Assembly: GCA_004764695.1 (NCBI GenBank)
Contig: SMSO01000031.1
Location: 6,368,761-6,432,760, forward strand
Origin: Schizochytrium sp. TIO01
Taxonomy: Eukaryota > Protista > Bigyra: Labyrinthulomycetes
Reading direction: 5' to 3'
Length of the DNA stretch: 64,000 bases
Part shown: one piece after another, positions 48,815 through 61,362 of the stretch
Numbering within the stretch: position 1 is the first letter of the stretch
Layout: each line of letters opens with the position of its first letter
Notes under the pieces: model-generated
Databases searched by the model: none
What the model was told of the DNA's origin: nothing
The model's input: only the letters and a program-made list of their open reading frames with translations
Made by a program: the position numbers and the translations under genes

Positions 48815-49889
48815 CGTGTGTTACTCTGGCTCTACTTTACACGTCAGAACCTGGCAAGCCAAAGCTGGCTAACTTTTCACAAACCACAAGCAGGCACCAA
48901 GCTTACCCCGACCCGAGCCTGTGGTTTCTGCCCCGCTAAACCAGGCTAACTTTACCGAGCAAGTTTCATGTATTTCCAGTTTTTCGTGTTGATCAGAAAC
49001 CTCATCGCTTGCTTGCTATGCTTCGCAGATGAAACAAGAAGTTCACGATAAGTAAATATATGAAGATCCGTTGAGAATTTGCATCATATCGAAACATGGA
49101 TAAAACATTTGTCCTAATTTTTAATTTACATATATTTATTTAATCCGAGTCAACTTTTTTTTTCTTTTTTTTAAATAAATAGAAGAAAAGGAAACGTATG
49201 ATACCTATTAGGCCTTTGAGGAAACCGAGTTCAACCATATTGCTGTGACAGCAACAAGAATGGTGTGCAAACAAGTACGCAAAATTGAGAACGAACAAGC
49301 ACTTAAGTAGTGAAGGGCTTCTGTAGATTTGTGGGCTATAGGTCCATCTTCTGAAATACGAGCTCGACAGAAGATATCATTGAAAGAAAGGGTCTCAAGA
49401 CTAACCATATTTTATTTTACTCAAATGAGGGGAGGGAAAGAAATGTGGAATATTAGAAATTGACAGAACCAGAGGGTCAAAGACACACTCACATAAGCCA
49501 ATGGAATAGCATTATGATAGGCATTGGTTCAGGATCAGACAGGTAAACGCGAATTAGAAACGAGGGGAGGGAGAACAAAACAAAAGACCAGATGTGCAAT
49601 CGATGATTGCATCAGATGGCTAGTCTCTAATCGTTCATCTTGATTTCCATTGCCGTCTGTTCCTTAGTTAAGTTTGTGTTCTTGTGGATATTCTGTGCAC
49701 CTGCAGTACGTTTCTACTAACGTGCGATACAGAAGCAAATGTTCATACATTTCTCTCTTAAAAGTGAAGTGCTTTATGTAAAGAGATGGACTCATCCACA
49801 CCTAAAACAGGTACTTTTGTTTGGAGTTAAGGGGAATTTCACCCAAAAAGATAAGTGCAAGCGACTTTTCGTTGTTGATTAGAGCGCAC

Positions 49890-52463
49890 TTAATAGTCGA
49901 TGAAGTCGAGCTCGTGCTCACCGTGGCCATTATCGTGCTTGTAACGCTCGAAGAGGGCCTCAAGCTTTTCAAAGTAGCGATACTGGAACTCAGTGACCTC
50001 CTCGGGAGTGGGATTCGAATTCTGTTTGACAGGGAAAACAGGAGCGTCAATTGCCACAGTGACAGGCACACGGCAAGGAATCGGGAGACCAAACTTGCCA
50101 ATCATAAAGAAGGGAAATGGAAATCCTAGCAAACGCTTAAAGAATGCCTGAGTACGCGGCATGTAGACATTATCAAAGATCTGGGGCTCGCCAAAACTGT
50201 ACATGGGCACGATACCGAGACCTTGCTGAATCGCAATTTTGAAAATACCACGACGCCGCTTGCGCACGATGGCGATTTTTTTGTCCCAAGAACGAGACTC
50301 AAACATTTCTGTCTGACCACCACAGACAATCTGTAGGTTTCGTCCCATACGGATGAGGTTCATAACGGTGGCACGTGAGACATCACAGACGCCCATCCAT
50401 TGAATGACATCACGCATCACTGGGATGATGTGGTTAATTGTGGCTGAGAGGGAATTGACCTGCAGCTTTGGGAACAGTTTGCGCCAAGTAAGACTGAGGG
50501 GTAGCACAGCATGAGTCACAGGGAAGATACCATGAGGGTGGAAAAGCAAGAGAACTTGATGCATGCGCGGGTCCTTGGCGTTTTCATCACCTAGATAAGG
50601 CGCAAATTTTTGCATTTCCTCAGTAAGCTCCACACGAAGCCCAAAGTACTTTTCCACAATGCGGGGCAAGAACTGAAGTCTCCGAAAGAGATCCCATTCG
50701 CGGCAAGCATTGAACTCAGGGCGCTTCGTGAAGGTAGTCGAAATGTATACGAGGTTAGCTGTACAGATGACCAACAGCATCATGTAGTGTGGTGAATCCC
50801 GGAAAGCAGAAAGCACACCTCCATAGGCAGCAACAGCAGCCAAGGAGAGAGAAATACTCTGCCGCCATCCCTCGATGCCCCAGTTATTCAAAGCTGAGTA
50901 GAAGAAAGTCCAGAAAGCAACGGCCCACATGAGAATCCACCAAAGTTTGAAGGTGTGAACAAAGTCGTTGGATTCGTAGGCGTTGAGATCTGGAATAAGA
51001 TCGAGAGTATTCTGCGCCAGCCATGGCTGCCATTCATCAGGCATAAAGTATGGAATTGTGAAAAGAACCATGTACACCACAAAACTCATGAACTGCAGGT
51101 TGCAGAACAAAATCATGATTGGCCAGGCGGAGAGATGCTCCCAAAAAGTAAATGACTCCAGAACTCGGTATCTGCGCGGGTCTGTGGCTTTGTTATCCTC
51201 CTTTTGGTCGAATCGGGGAAGTGAGCTTACAATTGCATAATGCGAGACAACCGCAGCAAGTGCGCCAATATACATGGTGCCCTTGAAGCTGCGTTTGCCA
51301 AGGTAGGCACTAGAAATGACAAAGGCACCTTGGGCAAGAATTGAGATGCCAAAGAAGCACCAGCCGAAGGCTTGCAAAAAAACGAACTCTTTGCCTCCGC
51401 GAAAGGACTGAGCGAAAGACCACCCACGATGAAAATGCCGCAAACGGCCGCCAATGCCGTGTGTGAGGGAGATAGCCACGATGCAGCACATGAGCGAAAG
51501 CAGACCTAGAATTGGTTTGTATTTAATGTCTGGACTGTGCTCAGAAAGAAGGCCAAGCGCTATGCCAATGACCACGAGACCTGTGTTCATGTGTACAAAC
51601 TCCTTCACAACGCTCGGGATGTTCTTGTCGGTCTCCGGTTCCAAGGCAAACGGCATACGGTCGCTCATGTCTCTATCGATCACCGATGTGACTACAGCGC
51701 GACGCCTTGGGTGCTCGCTGTCAACGCTCTGCTCGCTGTCAGAGGCAGACGATTTGCGGTGCGCATGGTAGGCCTGGCGCTCCTCCTCCAGCAGCTCGTC
51801 CGCGGGATCATCGTCATTGATCACACCCGAATTTTGGCGCCAGATACGACGGGCCCTTCGCGAAGATTGAGAGCTGTTGCTGTATGTCAGCAATGATGAG
51901 ACCATAAAGACCTGTGATAAGATGCCGATGACACCTGCGCTGGCCAACATGCCGCCATTGGTATGCTCCGCAAAGGCCACTCCTCCCATGACGATGACTG
52001 CTGTGATGCCATAAAATGTCCATGAAATGGCTTGGAGCACCACAAATCTCACACCTCCTCGGAACGGCTGGAACAGCTTGTAGTCTTGGTGGACTAGATG
52101 TCCAATCCAATGTGTCGCGGGAATAGCCAAGAAGAGGCTGGCGCCTCCGCAGGCGGCAAGGAAGCCAAAGCCGACTTTCTGGCCCGAGGTATATTGCCGT
52201 TCTGCAACGACAAAGAGAACGAGTGCCGTCAAAGTCCAGAGGACAGTGATTTTAATGTATGGGAGCCATGCAGAGAACGCCTGTTGTGGCTTTTCCGATT
52301 TCTGTTTCTCGTGCTCCGCGAGAAGCGTGTCGTAGAGCTCCTGCAGCTCGTTAAACTGGTTCTGCAGCACTTCATGGTCTCTTTTCAAGGTCGCCAGCTC
52401 CGAGGCGGTGCCCTGGCCACGAGCTTGCTGCGTCTTGCCGTCACCCTCGACGCCCTCCGCCAT
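49890..52463 (-). CDS. DGAT2: DGAT2-family acyltransferase with long multi-TM N-terminal region
   Basis: 857 aa from ATG 52463 (track starts at a TTG). C-terminal DAGAT motifs FHPHGIFP, GGQTE, RRRGIFKIAIQQGLGIVPMYSFGE, LFERYK. Acyl acceptor specificity cannot be read from sequence. Confidence 0.9.
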   Translation of the reverse strand: MAEGVEGDGKTQQARGQGTASELATLKRDHEVLQNQFNELQELYDTLLAEHEKQKSEKPQQAFSAWLPYIKITVLWTLTALVLFVVAERQYTSGQKVGFGFLAACGGASLFLAIPATHWIGHLVHQDYKLFQPFRGGVRFVVLQAISWTFYGITAVIVMGGVAFAEHTNGGMLASAGVIGILSQVFMVSSLLTYSNSSQSSRRARRIWRQNSGVINDDDPADELLEEERQAYHAHRKSSASDSEQSVDSEHPRRRAVVTSVIDRDMSDRMPFALEPETDKNIPSVVKEFVHMNTGLVVIGIALGLLSEHSPDIKYKPILGLLSLMCCIVAISLTHGIGGRLRHFHRGWSFAQSFRGGKEFVFLQAFGWCFFGISILAQGAFVISSAYLGKRSFKGTMYIGALAAVVSHYAIVSSLPRFDQKEDNKATDPRRYRVLESFTFWEHLSAWPIMILFCNLQFMSFVVYMVLFTIPYFMPDEWQPWLAQNTLDLIPDLNAYESNDFVHTFKLWWILMWAVAFWTFFYSALNNWGIEGWRQSISLSLAAVAAYGGVLSAFRDSPHYMMLLVICTANLVYISTTFTKRPEFNACREWDLFRRLQFLPRIVEKYFGLRVELTEEMQKFAPYLGDENAKDPRMHQVLLLFHPHGIFPVTHAVLPLSLTWRKLFPKLQVNSLSATINHIIPVMRDVIQWMGVCDVSRATVMNLIRMGRNLQIVCGGQTEMFESRSWDKKIAIVRKRRRGIFKIAIQQGLGIVPMYSFGEPQIFDNVYMPRTQAFFKRLLGFPFPFFMIGKFGLPIPCRVPVTVAIDAPVFPVKQNSNPTPEEVTEFQYRYFEKLEALFERYKHDNGHGEHELDFIDY

Positions 52464-55158
52464 CCTCGACGTCGCTTGAATTAAGCGGACCTCGAGCGCC
52501 ACGTTTCCGATTTGCTTCAGCTCCAACTCCAATTCTTTTGTCTGGTTTCGATTTTGATTTCGATTTCAATTCGATTTCTTCATGTTTTTAATATTTTTAA
52601 TATTTTTTAGAAAAAGAAAAAAAGATAAAAGATAACTTCTTCGACTTCGAATAACTAGTTACGCATAACAACTACTACCTACGTATACCTTGCCTTCTTT
52701 GAAATACCCCTTTTTTCTTTTCTTTTTCTCTGTTTCCTTGCTTTTATTTTAAAGTCTTCATATTGGGTTTTTTAAAAAAGTTCTGGTTGCTTTTAAAGGT
52801 TTTCTCTTTGTTCGGTGCGAACTCCCTTCTCCCAGTAAATACCATTTACACCGCTCTCTGCTAGTGCCATTAATACAAAAGTAGGAAGTCCAAAGAGAGG
52901 GATTGGTTCAGAACACATCGCCTCGTTCGAGTTGGTTGTTCATTGATGTGCGAACGTGCGAAAAAGGCCCCAACCAGGCAGACCAAATGAATCAAATACA
53001 CGTTTTCCTGCCTGGCCATTCCTCTGTTTTTATCGCAAAGCTCTCGTAAGATCTCCGTTTCTGCATCGTTGAAGATCGAGTTTTCGCACAGATGGTTAGT
53101 TAGTTAGTTAGTTAGTTCGTTAGTCTGTTTGCTCGTTCCCCATCTCTTATGAAAAACTCGCTGACAACCAACAAACAACCAACAAACAAACAACCCAAAG
53201 AAATCTTCGGCTCTTCCTCTCTTCCCACATTATTCTCTATCTACCTAATTCTAGGTACGTCATAGATTGATCTACTCATTCATTCGTTTATCTGTTGACG
53301 AAAAGAACCTGAAATGTAGGGTACTACTACTAGTACTACTTATATATATTTATTTATTTAGTTATTTATATGTATTTATTATGATTATTTCTTTCCGTAA
53401 AAAGGTTTCATAAGTTCTCAGTCCTTCGTTGCAAACCGCATTCTTTCAAGTCTTCTTCCTCGTGGAGTCCTATTGCTCAGATAGAGCAAAACATAGCCCT
53501 CCCGGTGCTCCTAGCCCCCCACTAGCTCACCTAGCAGCTTTGAACTTCATGGAGAATGAATGAATCAATCGATGAATCAATCGATGAATCAATCAGATGA
53601 TCAAACAAAAAGGTGACCAAGCTAAACTGAGAGTATCTTGCTCAACGCACCCATCGAAGCATAAGCATAGCAGGAGATCGATGGACTTCTCTGCGAAGGC
53701 CATTTTCTCTCTCCCTGGACTGATTCTTCGTTTTTAATTCTGTTATAAAAAACTATATTCGTACATGATGAACAATAGTTAAATAAATCCATGATGCAAG
53801 TAAATTAGATGATGCTCGCTCCGCATTCGGAAACCCGCTGTATTCATCGACAAACGTCAACGAAGACGGCTTAATCTACACCAGTTACAGCATGTAGACA
53901 GGAAACGAGTATAGCGAGCGATACTATGATGTCTTGAAACGAACGAATGATCTTTCTAAAAGTTATCTGGAAGTCTTTGGACAAAAGAAAGTGATTTAGT
54001 AGTATGTTCATTTGTTGCTTTCTTTCTGATGCTCGATCTTCTTGAAAGTTGGATTTCTTCACCGAACAAGCACTTCTACGCAATGGTTTAGATGCCTTCC
54101 TTCGTCCACTTCTGCGTTCAACGAATCTGCTTTGCAGAGATCATATCGTCGTTCTGAGGAGTTTGTCTTCGTCGATCGAGTTTTCCTGCGGTGCTAGTTT
54201 TCTGCGTTTGCAATATCCGCTCCATTTGCATCATATCCTTATGAACGAATGAATGAGTGAATATCTAATGACCTCCATATTCATCTACCTTTAATTTTGT
54301 TTTCTTATACCTTTGTAAAAGAAAGCCTTTTCGTTCTTTGGGCAATCAATCTCCTGATCATTCATTCCTTTGTTTTCTTCCTGTCGTTTATTTTCTTTCT
54401 TCCTCTACACACGGACTCACTAAATGAACTCCGCTTCTGCTTTTGCTTTGGTCTCTCCGATGATCGATTCCAATTTGATCCAACTTTGTTTGATTAGATT
54501 TGATCCCATTCGATCGATTTGATCTGATTTTATTTAATCCCATTCGATTTGATTTGATCGAGCTACAAAAAAAACAAAAGACTGCAATATCTCTCACTCG
54601 TCCTATATATATATATATTATTAATTTATTAATTTATTAATTTATTTATTATTTATTTTAAGGAAGGCGGTCAAACAAACGACTGCAAACAAACAAACAC
54701 CATTTTATCGTGATCGTAGTGCCTGACGAGGCTTGCTTAGGAGCGTGGAGATCGGCGCCGAAGTGCTCGCAATCGCCGGCAGACTGGGCCAGGCGAGACA
54801 TGGAGGCGGATTAGACGCACGGCCCCGTCTGCTGGGGTCTTCGATGCGCGCTTTTGCCATGGTCCTCTCTCGCTCTCGAACGATGCTTTGGCTTTTTTTC
54901 GCTCTCCTGAGCCCTTTCCTTTTTCTTTAGATCGCAAAGAAAGATGACCCTTTTTTTATTTTTTTATCACGATAGTAATATAGGGGTCCCTTTGTTCGCA
55001 TGACATGACTTATGAGAGTGTTTCGAAACAATTCACATGCGCAAGGAACCGTATTTGGTTGATTGAATTGATTTACAAATCTCCAACTGAGACAGGCTGG
55101 AAATGTGCCGGCAGCATCGCGCAAGGGCGTCAGATAAGAATGATAAATTTCTAACGAG

Positions 55159-56900
55159 ATGTGGTCATCACCGCTGCGTGAGCTAGACATTAATGCCAAT
55201 TTGGAAGAGGCCGAAGCGGGAATAAAAGGTTTAGCCCAAGAAAAAGATGAGTTAAGGAGAACTTGCTCACGCACTGATATTAGTGAAAAATAAGCCGCAC
55301 GCTTCGAGACGCTGTTCAAAAGCACTATCGAAGATTTAAATGACGCTGTGGCTACTGCCGCTTCGTATCAGTTGCAGAAGAATATCTCTGTTACGTTGGA
55401 CAATATTTACAATCATATCTAAATCGACATAGATGTTTTCTCAGTAATGTGCAATACTATGAAACTTCAAAAACGAGCACATTTTGGAGACTTTTCAAGC
55501 GGAGTGCTGGGGTTCCTCAGAATGTCACCTCCGGTCACGTAGCACCTGGTTTTCTCACCCACGACTTTCGACGACACTCTCACAATGATTTCGACATGTT
55601 TGACGGTAGACATGAAACGTTCGTGGGGTTTTATGGCACGTCGGGTGTCGGCAAGACGAGAACGATGTTTGAGATTTTTGCCAGCAGCTACGGACTTTAC
55701 TTTGTTTCTTCTGATGCACACACGCTCAATCCGGGAAGCTCCGATCTTGAATCACTTTGCTCTAATGCGAAGCGCTTTCTTGATGAATCTAGTCCAAGAG
55801 AAATGGTGATAGTGTGGACGCAATGACGATATTTTTTGTGCTGTGTCGCCTTCTGGTATTCTATTCTCTTAAGCACGCCCTCGAAAAGACGTCCGGTAAG
55901 AAGTTTTGGCTTCGCGTACATATTGCACCTACACACTACTTTAGAGAGGATGAGTTTGGGGCTCTCTTTTCGACAATATTCACGACGTTTTCTGACCGGG
56001 AAGTGAAGCGCGACGTCTTTCATAATACATTTACCACAATGTTGGCAACGTGGAATCCAAAGACCAGGGGCGTAATTGATGGGATCAGGTTTAATGTCGC
56101 TGTAGACGAAGCACAAGTACTAGCTTATCAATTTGACAGTTACTTTGAATCCTCGTCAAGGAAAGACGAGCGCCGATCTATACTTTCTCAAATTTCTAAA
56201 TCGATCTTTTCAGTAGTACTGAAGTTGCATTTCGCGCACTAACCTATCTTTTCTGGAACTGGTTTCTCTATCATGCACATAACAATGGATTGTCTAGTGG
56301 GTCTGGAAAGGTCACCCTCAACGAAACGCTGCATTGTAAGTTTCAAGCGCTGCAAGATGATGATATGAAAGACTGTCTTGATGGTATCCTCGACTTAGAA
56401 CAACTCGAGCCTGGAGATGCCCAAGAGATCATCGTTTAGAAAACTAGTTCGCAATTGCACAACTGGTGATGACAGACTTCTGGACGGTAATTAGCGAGGC
56501 CTCCTCTCGTGGCTTCAGTGATTGTGAATAAAAAAATGCACTGACCTTCACGATGTTGTTTTGGCCATTGACGCTCGACATCAATTACTTGCAATTACTT
56601 TCTTCGGAGACAACGAAGATGGTGATGAAGTCTTCAAGATGGCGATGGCGAAGATAACGACACGTCTGTTACCTTCATCAAGGCAGCAAGTAAAAGCGGG
56701 CAACGTCTAAAAGACTCGCTCTCAACAAGAAGAAGAAGAAATAAAGAATAAACATAATTTGAAAGCATTCAAAAATAATATGCTTTAGGTGTTCAGGAGT
56801 GTTATAGTGAAAACCGAAGTCGGAGTTCTTTTCGGCAAGGGCTTCAGACGCGCCGAAAAGCAATACGTTCAGATTTGGCACTGTAAACAATAAGAGTCAA
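55159..56900 (+). pseudogene. Decayed P-loop NTPase of the Crinkler-associated (CR-NTPase) type
   Basis: Coiled-coil start (MWSSPLRELDINANLEEAEAG..) with stops. Walker A FYGTSGVGKTRTMFE..YGLYF, a frameshift, Walker B FNVAVDEAQVL, then RRSILSQI and *PIFSGTGFS after a stop. The 3' end is approximate. Confidence 0.7.
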
Positions 56901-56947
56901 CTAAGAGTGTGCTTATTAAGGGCTAATATGGGGATTCTGAAAAAGCA

Positions 56948-57084
56948 ATTCGTTCCAAAATGTTCCATTATTATCACCATTTTTACCATGTTATTCCATC
57001 GTGTTCTAAGAACATGTAATGTCTACATGTACGTTTAGAGACAATATATGGAAAATGTAGAGCAAAATGGGTCCATGAACGAAT
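56948..57084. repeat. Imperfect palindrome/hairpin (~137 bp)
   Basis: Nested pairs ATTCGTTC/GAACGAAT, CCATTTT/AAAATGG, TTCCAT/ATGGAA, TCTAA/TTAGA and ACATGTA/TACATGT around a 5 nt loop. Confidence 0.6.
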
Positions 57085-60066
57085 GTAGAATGAGACATCT
57101 CCAGCCAACCAGGCCGGTTCCTGCTGCGCCAAAGCCGCTTTTCGGCGTCACCACTAGCGTCTGTGTACGCCCCTCTTCTCCCCTTTCACGAACCTCAGCT
57201 CGCGCCTTCTTCGAGGGTTTGGCACAGACGGATTCTGGGGAAGCAGACTGAGTTCTTGAACCTCATCACGTCATAGCCTAAGAGTGCCTATCATATTATA
57301 TTATGCGTGGCCCTTGACGGATCTCCTCCTCGCACAGGCAGGCAGGCAGGCGGTCGCTTCGCTCTGGCTGCGCTCCAGCTCCTCTCGCTGTGTCTTACGC
57401 ACCCACTCATCGCTCGTTGGTCGGTCAGTCAGTCTGTCAGTCTCCTCCTCTTCAGACGTCCATCTACCTGCTAAGCAGCGCTCCTTGTAGGAAGGCTATC
57501 TAGAATTGTGAACTTTATATTCATTCTCAACTGAATTACTCATATTATTCATCTTTTACTACTTTATTTTCGTTTACTATAAATAATTAAAATTAAAATT
57601 ATAGTTAAATCAAAATAAAGTATGAAATTTTATCGAATGAAGGTTTACGAAAGAAATAGATGTAATGATATCATGGAAGGTTTTGCGATATGTGTTTTTT
57701 TAATGGAGTCTCTGTCAAACAGTGCTGACGTCACCTCAACGATCCGCAGGAATCGCGGCGAGAACTTCGCGCACGCCTGCGAGGTCAGCGCTGCAAAAGC
57801 AGTGCCGCAGAACCGAACTTTATATTCTTCATGATCAATAAGTGGGTCTCTGTGCGATTGGTTGCTGAGTAGCGAACGAAGGACCTTTCGCTGAGCCTGC
57901 CGTAGAGCTTCGTTTGGTTTCCCCGATTGGTTTATGAATTGATTTGTCCTGAAGGAACTCTGTGATGAATCGGTTGGCAGTGCAAGTGCCGCGTTTGAGC
58001 TGCACGTGCTGGCGGCATCGCCTGCTCTGCCACGGTGGACCTGTCTCTTGTGGTGCTGGCTGACGCAGGTGTGGTCCTCGCTGTGAACGGACCTCTGTGC
58101 ACGAGCCGAGTTTGTCTGTTTGTCTGTCTGTCTGTTTGCTTGCTTGCTTGCTTGTTTGCTTTCTTGCTTCCTGTTTTTGTTCTTTACAGGAAATTGTAGT
58201 ATCGATTATCTTTGGGGTGTATGAGTTTCAAGAAGGGGTTTGGTTGCAAAAGCACGACAATAGCAGAGACCGATGCTCGAAGGCCCTGCGCTAATATAGA
58301 TGGTGGAAATGGAGGGACGTAAACGCAGCAGCTGCGACCTCAGCGTGAAAAGGGATTGTGAAGTGGATGTGGCGGAGAATAAATGAACAAGAACCCTCCC
58401 TGCCTTGAAGGGGAAGGAAATGAATTGGTTCCCGCTATAGAAAGTTATGCGAGCTTTATTATTTTCTTTCTCTCTCTTTTTCCGTGTTTCTTTTAAACTT
58501 TCTTTTAAATTTAAAAACATTTTAATATTGATTTTTGAATGATTTAAAGTTAATTTTTATAAAAGGCTGAGCGAGGAGTGGAGATTGCTGTCTGGCAGGA
58601 GGAGTTTGCGTTGAAGCATTCGGAGTTCATTATCTATTTCTTTTGGACTATAAATAAATCTGTTGAACTGCGATGTTGAACTACCAATCTACTTACTCTC
58701 TACCTACTACGCGGATTTTTTTTTTAACATTTTTTAATCTCAGTGATATAGTTGCAGAGACGGCTCCAAAAAAAAATCCTAGTAAGTAGATAAAGGCTTG
58801 TTTTTTTCTTCGATTATTTATTTAGGAATAAATAAAAATAATTATCAATCAATAGATAGATAGATAGACAAATAAAAAGCCTGTTTCCATTTTATTTATT
58901 TTTTAATATCAGAAAACAAAAGGTCACCATTCATGAGTCCGTATTCCTCTGGAGAATTAATAATGTGTTAAATCCGGGAAATCACTCCTTTGTAAAACTC
59001 CAAGCTGAGAAAGCCATATAATGGCCTACGTGAAGCTATCTTGGTATGGTCTCGAGCTGAAAAGCGTGAGTTCGGAACTTTGCTGCCAATGGTTTACTCG
59101 CCTCAAACACATCTGCCGTTATGAATAAACTTTAGACAAGTATTACGTAAGACGCCTCTAGATATTAGTAGATACTGAAAGCGAACTGTCTCAAATCACG
59201 CCAAGCTCCCCCAAAGTTGCATTACATAACCCTGTGCGAAGCTTTGGATAAAAGCGCAGCCACTGGCGATCCCGAGATGTGCAACACGCGCAAACCCGCA
59301 CGACCGTGCAAAGCCTAAGCCTTGAAGTACACCATGGGGAAACCCTACCTAGTTGTCAAATTGGAGATGTCGAGAGGTGGGGAAAATGAATGGAAAAGCA
59401 TTCAGAATTCGGAGATGACGTGAGGGCGCTGGGGCCCCAGACCAATTCTGCCCCAGCGCGAACTTGCAAAAGACCTAGCTGTAGTAGACAAAACACCATC
59501 TATGGCTGCCCTGAGTCAGCACTGAGTGTTGTTATCTCACAACTCACGATCTTCGCAAGTGACTGCCTTGCTTTGACTTGAGCTTGCTCCCAAGTTGAAT
59601 TTGGAGAAGGATCGACTGCCAGTCATCGTTTCTGACTTTTGAGTGAGAATGCAATCTTCAAGTTGATGACAAAAGATGAACTAGATCAGAATTATTAGCT
59701 CAATACGAGGTCGCGAAGATGAAGCAGGATAGCCATCAGACTGTTAGAATCAAGTTAGAGAAACCCAAAAGCCAGGCAGCCGTTTGGGCGTCCTGAACGT
59801 AGAGAGGAAGAGCTCGAGTTAATGCCCGCAATCTGAAAAGATCAACAAAGCGGGCGTGCCTACGCGTGGCAGCTCAAGGAACTGCACTGAAAAGAACAGC
59901 GTGCTCGTTTGAGAAGAGAAAAGTCGAGATGGGCAGACAGGTCATAACAACAACATCCTGCACAAGTGAAACATACCAGATTGTTGAAAAATAAAATAAA
60001 AGGGAATTATATAAATCATTAGAATTAGCTTGCCTGCTGCAACAAGGTCACGGTCTATTAGCTGCA

Positions 60067-61362
60067 CTAGCTACTACTCGAAAACATCTTTGTGGCAAGG
60101 GACGGATCTTCACAAATCCGAGCTTGGTCCCGATGTTGTAGTGCGCGTCGATAAGCCTTACGCAATGCATCAAGCTTTCGAGGGTCGTAATCAGCACGCC
60201 GGTACACAGCCTTCTTCTGACGCCTAAGCATATTGCTGAAAAGAGTATCATAGGTGTTCTCGCGACGCAAAAGAGCAAAATACAGAGCACCCCAAATGGT
60301 GACGCTTGAGCCAATGAAGTAGGTAATAGGCTCCATTACATCCCAAGAATACACGCCCCATACTCCGTACGCAAGGACTACGTTTTGTACAGCTAAATAG
60401 CCCCCCATTCCCCACCATTTTCTTCGACAGCTGCTTAGAGCTGCTTCGTTAAGATGGTACTCCTGCATTTCTAATGCATCGAGTTCTTTGCGAAGAGTGG
60501 CAACATGCTCCTCGGCAGCATCGAGGCTTTTCACTTCAGAGGCCCACGTGCAGCTCGCCGCTGCCTCGAGAAGGTCTTCAGTAGATAGGTGGCCAATGTA
60601 CATACGTTGGGATGGCTCTGTGATGCTCTCTAGCACAAATGCCACACTCGAATTTGATGGATCTGCCATAGTAGGTGGCTTCCCAAACGAGTGTATCTCG
60701 CGTCCAGTGAACCCATCATCTTTCAATGTAGATGATACTAAAGCTTCCGCGTCGTTCTGCTTTGCTTTGGCTTCAAGCTCACTATCAACAGGCTTTGATG
60801 TTGCAGCCCCGCCCGAAGGCAATAGCAGAAGCGTCTGCATTCGCACAAAGCGGCCCACAGGGAAGCCCTCCGGGTCCATAACACGTACATTTGCCCGGTA
60901 TTCAAGCTCTCGTACAATATCCCGACCCTCCACTTTGACAAATTCAAACCCCGAAGAAGACTCTGTAGCAGGGACCTTCAATTCGAACTCATCGAAGGAG
61001 GAATCTTCAAGGTCCAGAAACGAAACCTTTGGCTTATGTATCCGAATTCCTTTTCCATGTGGTGAAATTCGCGAGGTGTCATCCTGTGAAATATTTGGCG
61101 AGGGCTCTCCATATACACGAGGCGGTTTCTGGCACAGGAGAGCCCTACATAAAAGCGTTTGATTCGCTGTTTTGTACCGTAATGGGCTTCTCTTTAGTGT
61201 AGAATCACGCGTTGCAATACTCGCAAGATCGAACTTTAATCTCGAAAGTGGTGCGTCTCTGAGATACCTACGTGGACCTGGCAGAGCCCCTAAGGTCCAT
61301 AATGTGCGTGGTAAGAGCCTCGATGACATCGGCCCTGGCCTCGGCGTCGCTGCCAGCATCAT
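60067..61362 (-). CDS. MCU: Mitochondrial calcium uniporter
   Basis: 431 aa. Arg-rich presequence-like N-terminus, coiled coil, and two TM helices flanking the pore motif YSWDVMEPITYF. Confidence 0.93.
   Translation of the reverse strand: MMLAATPRPGPMSSRLLPRTLWTLGALPGPRRYLRDAPLSRLKFDLASIATRDSTLKRSPLRYKTANQTLLCRALLCQKPPRVYGEPSPNISQDDTSRISPHGKGIRIHKPKVSFLDLEDSSFDEFELKVPATESSSGFEFVKVEGRDIVRELEYRANVRVMDPEGFPVGRFVRMQTLLLLPSGGAATSKPVDSELEAKAKQNDAEALVSSTLKDDGFTGREIHSFGKPPTMADPSNSSVAFVLESITEPSQRMYIGHLSTEDLLEAAASCTWASEVKSLDAAEEHVATLRKELDALEMQEYHLNEAALSSCRRKWWGMGGYLAVQNVVLAYGVWGVYSWDVMEPITYFIGSSVTIWGALYFALLRRENTYDTLFSNMLRRQKKAVYRRADYDPRKLDALRKAYRRALQHRDQARICEDPSLATKMFSSSS

Noticed and set aside
54462-54560. 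Degenerate ATTTG/GATC pentamer-like repeat
   Set aside because: Low-complexity decayed microsatellite with no higher-order structure.
60488-61162. 224 aa plus-strand ORF
   Set aside because: Antisense to MCU; Ser-rich shadow frame.
11429-61362. NCKX, NIPA and MCU as a divalent-cation gene cluster
   Set aside because: They are spread over 50 kb among unrelated genes; chance co-location is sufficient.
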